A stretch of DNA of 64,000 nt from Alphaproteobacteria bacterium (GTDB lineage: Bacteria > Pseudomonadota > Alphaproteobacteria > UBA9655). Shown in pieces: positions 61,329 to 64,000 of this stretch; the first letter of the stretch is position 1; every line of letters starts with the position of its first letter. Under the pieces are notes generated by a model that saw only the letters and a program-made list of their open reading frames with translations, was not told where the DNA came from and did not search any database. The stretch covers positions 37,543 through 101,542 of the forward strand of contig JAIEOZ010000074.1 of NCBI GenBank assembly GCA_019750035.1. Reading direction: 5' to 3'. The translations under genes were made by a program, and so were the position numbers.

Positions 61329-61724
61329 TTAACTCAATAAATCTTCTTTAATTGCCTTCATAAATGGGTGAAGTGTTTTATCACTTTCCTTTCTCAGTCT
61401 GCCTAACTGAGTGGCAACCTTTTTAATATATTCAGCAACAGACAAAGTTTGATAAATTGGAATAATGTCTTTAAGTGAACGAATGCAATAAACGACATTA
61501 TATAAATTTAACTTATTATCTTTTTCTTGCTGACTCAAATGAACAGCACAGGAAATAAGGACAGTTTTGAAAACAAGATTTTCAACTTCTGGAAATTTTT
61601 CTTTATGAGATTTAATGAAATCAGTAAGATATTTTTCATCCAAATCAAGATTGTTTTCATGAAGTCTTTTAACAGACTCACTATTTTGAAATGATTTTGC
61701 AATATCAAGAAAAACTTCATTCAT
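61329..61724 (-). CDS. hypothetical protein
   Basis: 131 aa. Confidence 0.5.
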   Translation of the reverse strand: MNEVFLDIAKSFQNSESVKRLHENNLDLDEKYLTDFIKSHKEKFPEVENLVFKTVLISCAVHLSQQEKDNKLNLYNVVYCIRSLKDIIPIYQTLSVAEYIKKVATQLGRLRKESDKTLHPFMKAIKEDLLS

Positions 61725-61749
61725 AAAAAATTACCAAAAAACTTTTAAA

Positions 61750-62016
61750 TTAATTATTTTCAGCCAAATACTTTTTCATATCACTTACAACAACATTATA
61801 TTCTTCTTGTTTTTCTTCAATACTGAAAGGAAATAATTCTTTGGCATCTGTCAACCTTTTTATTGACCTAGCCAAATTTCCTTCAAACTTTAGAAATAAT
61901 TTGAACCTTTGCTCAATTTCTTGCAGTCTAATTTTTGCTTCAGACTCTTCATTCTTTAACCTATCCATCATTGTAGACCGTTCGTCAATGAGAATGTATT
62001 TGTAATCTTCACTCAT
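61750..62016 (-). CDS. hypothetical coiled-coil protein
   Basis: 88 aa. First island gene after the tRNA terminator. Confidence 0.5.
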   Translation of the reverse strand: MSEDYKYILIDERSTMMDRLKNEESEAKIRLQEIEQRFKLFLKFEGNLARSIKRLTDAKELFPFSIEEKQEEYNVVVSDMKKYLAENN

Positions 62017-62050
62017 ATTTTTCTTTCAAAAAGAACGGAAACAACAAAAA

Positions 62051-62072
62051 AAGCCACTCCGAAGAATGGCTT
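62051..62072 (-). terminator. terminator of the tRNA gene
   Basis: AAGCCA-N10-TGGCTT followed by T7 on the minus strand, 10 nt after the tRNA 3' end. Confidence 0.6.
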
Positions 62073-62081
62073 TTGAAAATT

Positions 62082-62158
62082 TGGTGGGCCCAACTGGGCT
62101 TGAACCAGTGACCATCCGATTATGAGTCGGGTGCTCTAACCAACTGAGCTATGGGCCC
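62082..62158 (-). tRNA. tRNA with CAT anticodon, most likely tRNA-Ile2 (lysidine type) rather than elongator Met
   Basis: Hand fold: GGGCCCA/TGGGCCC acceptor stem, GCTC-AGTTGGTTA-GAGC D arm, anticodon loop CTCATAA, variable TGGTC, T arm ACTGG-TTCAAGC-CCAGT, ACCA encoded. C4 and C5 in the acceptor stem and the rpoD-ileX synteny known from E. coli favour Ile2. Confidence 0.85.
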
Positions 62159-62180
62159 TAAAACTGTATTTTACTGCATT

Positions 62181-62216
62181 TGTAGCCTATGTGTAGCCTT
62201 TTTAAAAATGTAGCCT
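62181..62216. repeat. three direct TGTAGCCT repeats between the tRNA and its 5'-half remnant
   Basis: TGTAGCCT at 62181, 62192 and 62209. On the tRNA strand these read AGGCTACA, upstream of a TAAAAT -10-like box 9 nt before the tRNA 5' end. Confidence 0.6.
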
Positions 62217-62269
62217 TTTATCTGCTTCTAAGTTGTTGATTTCAAAGGACTTTTTAAAAATGAACAGTA

Positions 62270-62311
62270 GATTATGAGTCCGCTGCTCTAACCAACATGA
62301 GCTAGAGGCCC
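62270..62311 (-). pseudogene. diverged 5' half of a tRNA(CAT) gene, ending just past the anticodon loop
   Basis: GGGCCTCTAGCTCATGTTGGTTAGAGCAGCGGACTCATAATC aligns with the intact tRNA 5' half, with differences in the acceptor and anticodon stems and a 1-nt D-loop indel. There is no matching 3' half. Confidence 0.7.
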
Positions 62312-62476
62312 ATTTTTTGTCAGCACAACGCTTGTACACATTTGGCAAAGAATCTATCCAACTGCATCAATTGTTTTTTCGTGCCGATAAAAATTAAACG
62401 GCGATTGTATTACTTTGGGCACCGCAATACAAGTTTGAAAGTTTCGCTAGTGAGGGGTTTCACTGAAATTCGGGAC

Positions 62477-62502
62477 GCAAACACGGCAATTGCCGTGTTT
62501 GC
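62477..62502 (-). terminator. rpoD terminator hairpin (perfect 26-bp palindrome)
   Basis: GCAAACACGGCAA/TTGCCGTGTTTGC, 12 nt after the rpoD stop. Confidence 0.65.
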
Positions 62503-62513
62503 AAACCTGATTT

Positions 62514-64000
62514 TTAGTTACCTTCCAGGAAGCTCTTTAATTTATCGGAGCGCGATGGATGACGTAGTTTACGCAAGGCCTTTGCTTCGATTTGGCGGAT
62601 ACGCTCACGTGTAACATCGAACTGTTTGCCGACTTCTTCCAGCGTGTGATCGGTCGACATTTCAACACCAAAACGCATACGCAATACTTTGGCTTCGCGT
62701 GGCGTTAAAGAATCAAGCACGTCTTTTACAACGTTGCGCATCGATGCATGCAAGGCCGCATCGGCTGGCGCTAAGGTGTGGTTATCTTCGATAAAGTCAC
62801 CTAAATGCGAATCATCGTCGTCACCAATTGGCGTTTCCATCGAAATTGGCTCTTTGGCGATTTTCATGATTTTGCGGATTTTATCTTCCGGCATTTCCAT
62901 TTTTATCGCCAAGGTTGCTGGGTCTGGCTCAGCGCCCGTTTCTTGCAAAATTTGACGTGATATACGATTCATTTTATTGATCGTTTCTATCATGTGCACA
63001 GGAATACGAATCGTGCGGGCTTGATCTGCAATTGAACGCGTAATTGCTTGGCGAATCCACCATGTTGCATAAGTGGAGAATTTGTACCCGCGGCGGTATT
63101 CAAACTTATCAACCGCCTTCATCAAGCCAATATTACCTTCTTGAATTAAGTCGAGAAATTGCAAGCCACGATTTGTGTACTTCTTCGCGATCGAGATGAC
63201 CAACCGTAAGTTCGCTTCAGTCATTTCGCGCTTTGCTTTGCGCGCTTTCATTTCACCGGCAGACATCTTTTTATTGATACCGCGTAAATCTGGCAAAGGC
63301 AATACAACACGCGCCTGCAAATCAATCAGCTTTTGTTGAAGTTGTTGAACTGCGGGGATATTGCGCCCCAAAACAGCGCTATACGCGTGTCCCGCATTCA
63401 CTTCAGATTCAACCCAATGTAAGTTCGTTTCATTGCCCGGGAAAACTTTGATGAAATGCGAGCGCGGCATATTGCAGCGGTTCACCACCACTTCGAGGAT
63501 TTGCTTCTCGACATGACGTACTTCATCGACTTGTCCACGCAATGTGTCACACAATTTTTCGACGACCTTGGCAGTGAAACGAATACCGAGTAATTCAGTC
63601 GAAATCGTTTCTTGCGCTTTCACATAGGCTTTTGAGTTGTAACCTTCCTTCTCAAAAGCTTTGCGCATTTTGTCAAAATTAGTTGAGATGATGTCGAACT
63701 TGGCGAGCGCGTCGCGTTTTAGCTGCTCAAGTTGTTCTGCCGAAATTCCAGCAGCAACTGCGGCGCTGTCTTCGTCATCTTCTTCCTCTTCTTCGTCGTC
63801 CTCTTCGTCGTCTTCTTCGACAGCAGCAGCTACAACAGGAAGGGGTTTGACTTCATCAACTTGATTCAGATCGACCAAACCGTCGACGATATCGTCAACC
63901 TTAATTTCGTCATTAGCAATACGGTCTGCTGCGCTTAAAATTTCAGCGATTGTAGTTGGACAGGCTGAGATTGCCTGAATCATGTCCTTCAGGCCTTCTT
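62514..64000 (-). CDS. rpoD: RNA polymerase sigma-70 RpoD, C-terminal ~495 codons (5' end outside the window)
   Basis: Region 2: [39 protein letters not shown]. Region 4.2: [30 protein letters not shown]. The frame stays open upstream of the track start (..[10 protein letters not shown]). Confidence 0.95.
   Translation of the reverse strand, partial: EGLKDMIQAISACPTTIAEILSAADRIANDEIKVDDIVDGLVDLNQVDEVKPLPVVAAAVEEDDEEDDEEEEEDDEDSAAVAAGISAEQLEQLKRDALAKFDIISTNFDKMRKAFEKEGYNSKAYVKAQETISTELLGIRFTAKVVEKLCDTLRGQVDEVRHVEKQILEVVVNRCNMPRSHFIKVFPGNETNLHWVESEVNAGHAYSAVLGRNIPAVQQLQQKLIDLQARVVLPLPDLRGINKKMSAGEMKARKAKREMTEANLRLVISIAKKYTNRGLQFLDLIQEGNIGLMKAVDKFEYRRGYKFSTYATWWIRQAITRSIADQARTIRIPVHMIETINKMNRISRQILQETGAEPDPATLAIKMEMPEDKIRKIMKIAKEPISMETPIGDDDDSHLGDFIEDNHTLAPADAALHASMRNVVKDVLDSLTPREAKVLRMRFGVEMSTDHTLEEVGKQFDVTRERIRQIEAKALRKLRHPSRSDKLKSFLEGN

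Noticed and set aside
62342-62614. 90-aa plus-strand ORF between the tRNA remnant and rpoD.
   Set aside because: It runs through the rpoD terminator palindrome and into the rpoD 3' end in antisense. It has no RBS.
63770-63835. Repetitive TCTTC/GTCGTC tract near the window end.
   Set aside because: It encodes the acidic EEDDEEDD.. linker of RpoD region 1. It is a coding low-complexity stretch, not a regulatory repeat.

Overview
The window is about 62 kb of AT-rich (hand-counted sample lines ~28% GC), plasmid-like conjugative or mobilisable island. It ends beside a tRNA(CAT) gene (62082-62158, minus) and the 3' part of rpoD (62514-64000, minus; sample line ~48% GC). Genes I can recognise on the island are: ArdC antirestriction protein; two T4CP-type ATPases; a MOBF-type relaxase/RecD-like helicase with a candidate oriT at about 20.8-21.0 kb; an RHH plus ParA-like pair; a Phd/RelE-type TA pair beside an iteron/palindrome cluster; a P4/D5-type primase-helicase; an HsdM-like protein with a degenerate catalytic motif; a DotA/TraY-family membrane protein; a type III R-M system (mod-res); a lysozyme-like lipoprotein; a SlyB/Pcp-type lipoprotein; and a small beta-barrel OMP. 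About 50 further small ORFs are unrecognisable to me. I saw no integrase, VirB4/DotO-type ATPase or other channel component. The island therefore probably continues past the left edge, where even the truncated first ORF is driven by an island-type promoter. The most interesting signals are non-coding. (i) From about 21 kb to 62 kb nearly every gene is on the minus strand, transcribed toward the candidate oriT, which matches a conjugative leading region. (ii) This region is built from single-gene cassettes, each bounded by a near-identical promoter box (13 copies) and by conserved terminator hairpins. (iii) A promoter-to-terminator unit at 32886-33023 encodes a circularly permuted, anticodon-less tRNA-like RNA that resembles a bacterial Y-RNA (YrlA). 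(iv) There are three copies of a ~150-200 nt hairpin-prone repeat, which may be an ssDNA-promoter/ssi-like element or a decayed gene 5' end. (v) A 22-bp promoter/operator box occurs three times. (vi) Several exact long direct repeats and a diverged tRNA 5' half lie next to the intact tRNA. All calls come from reading the sequence and remembered family motifs; no searches or folding programs were run.
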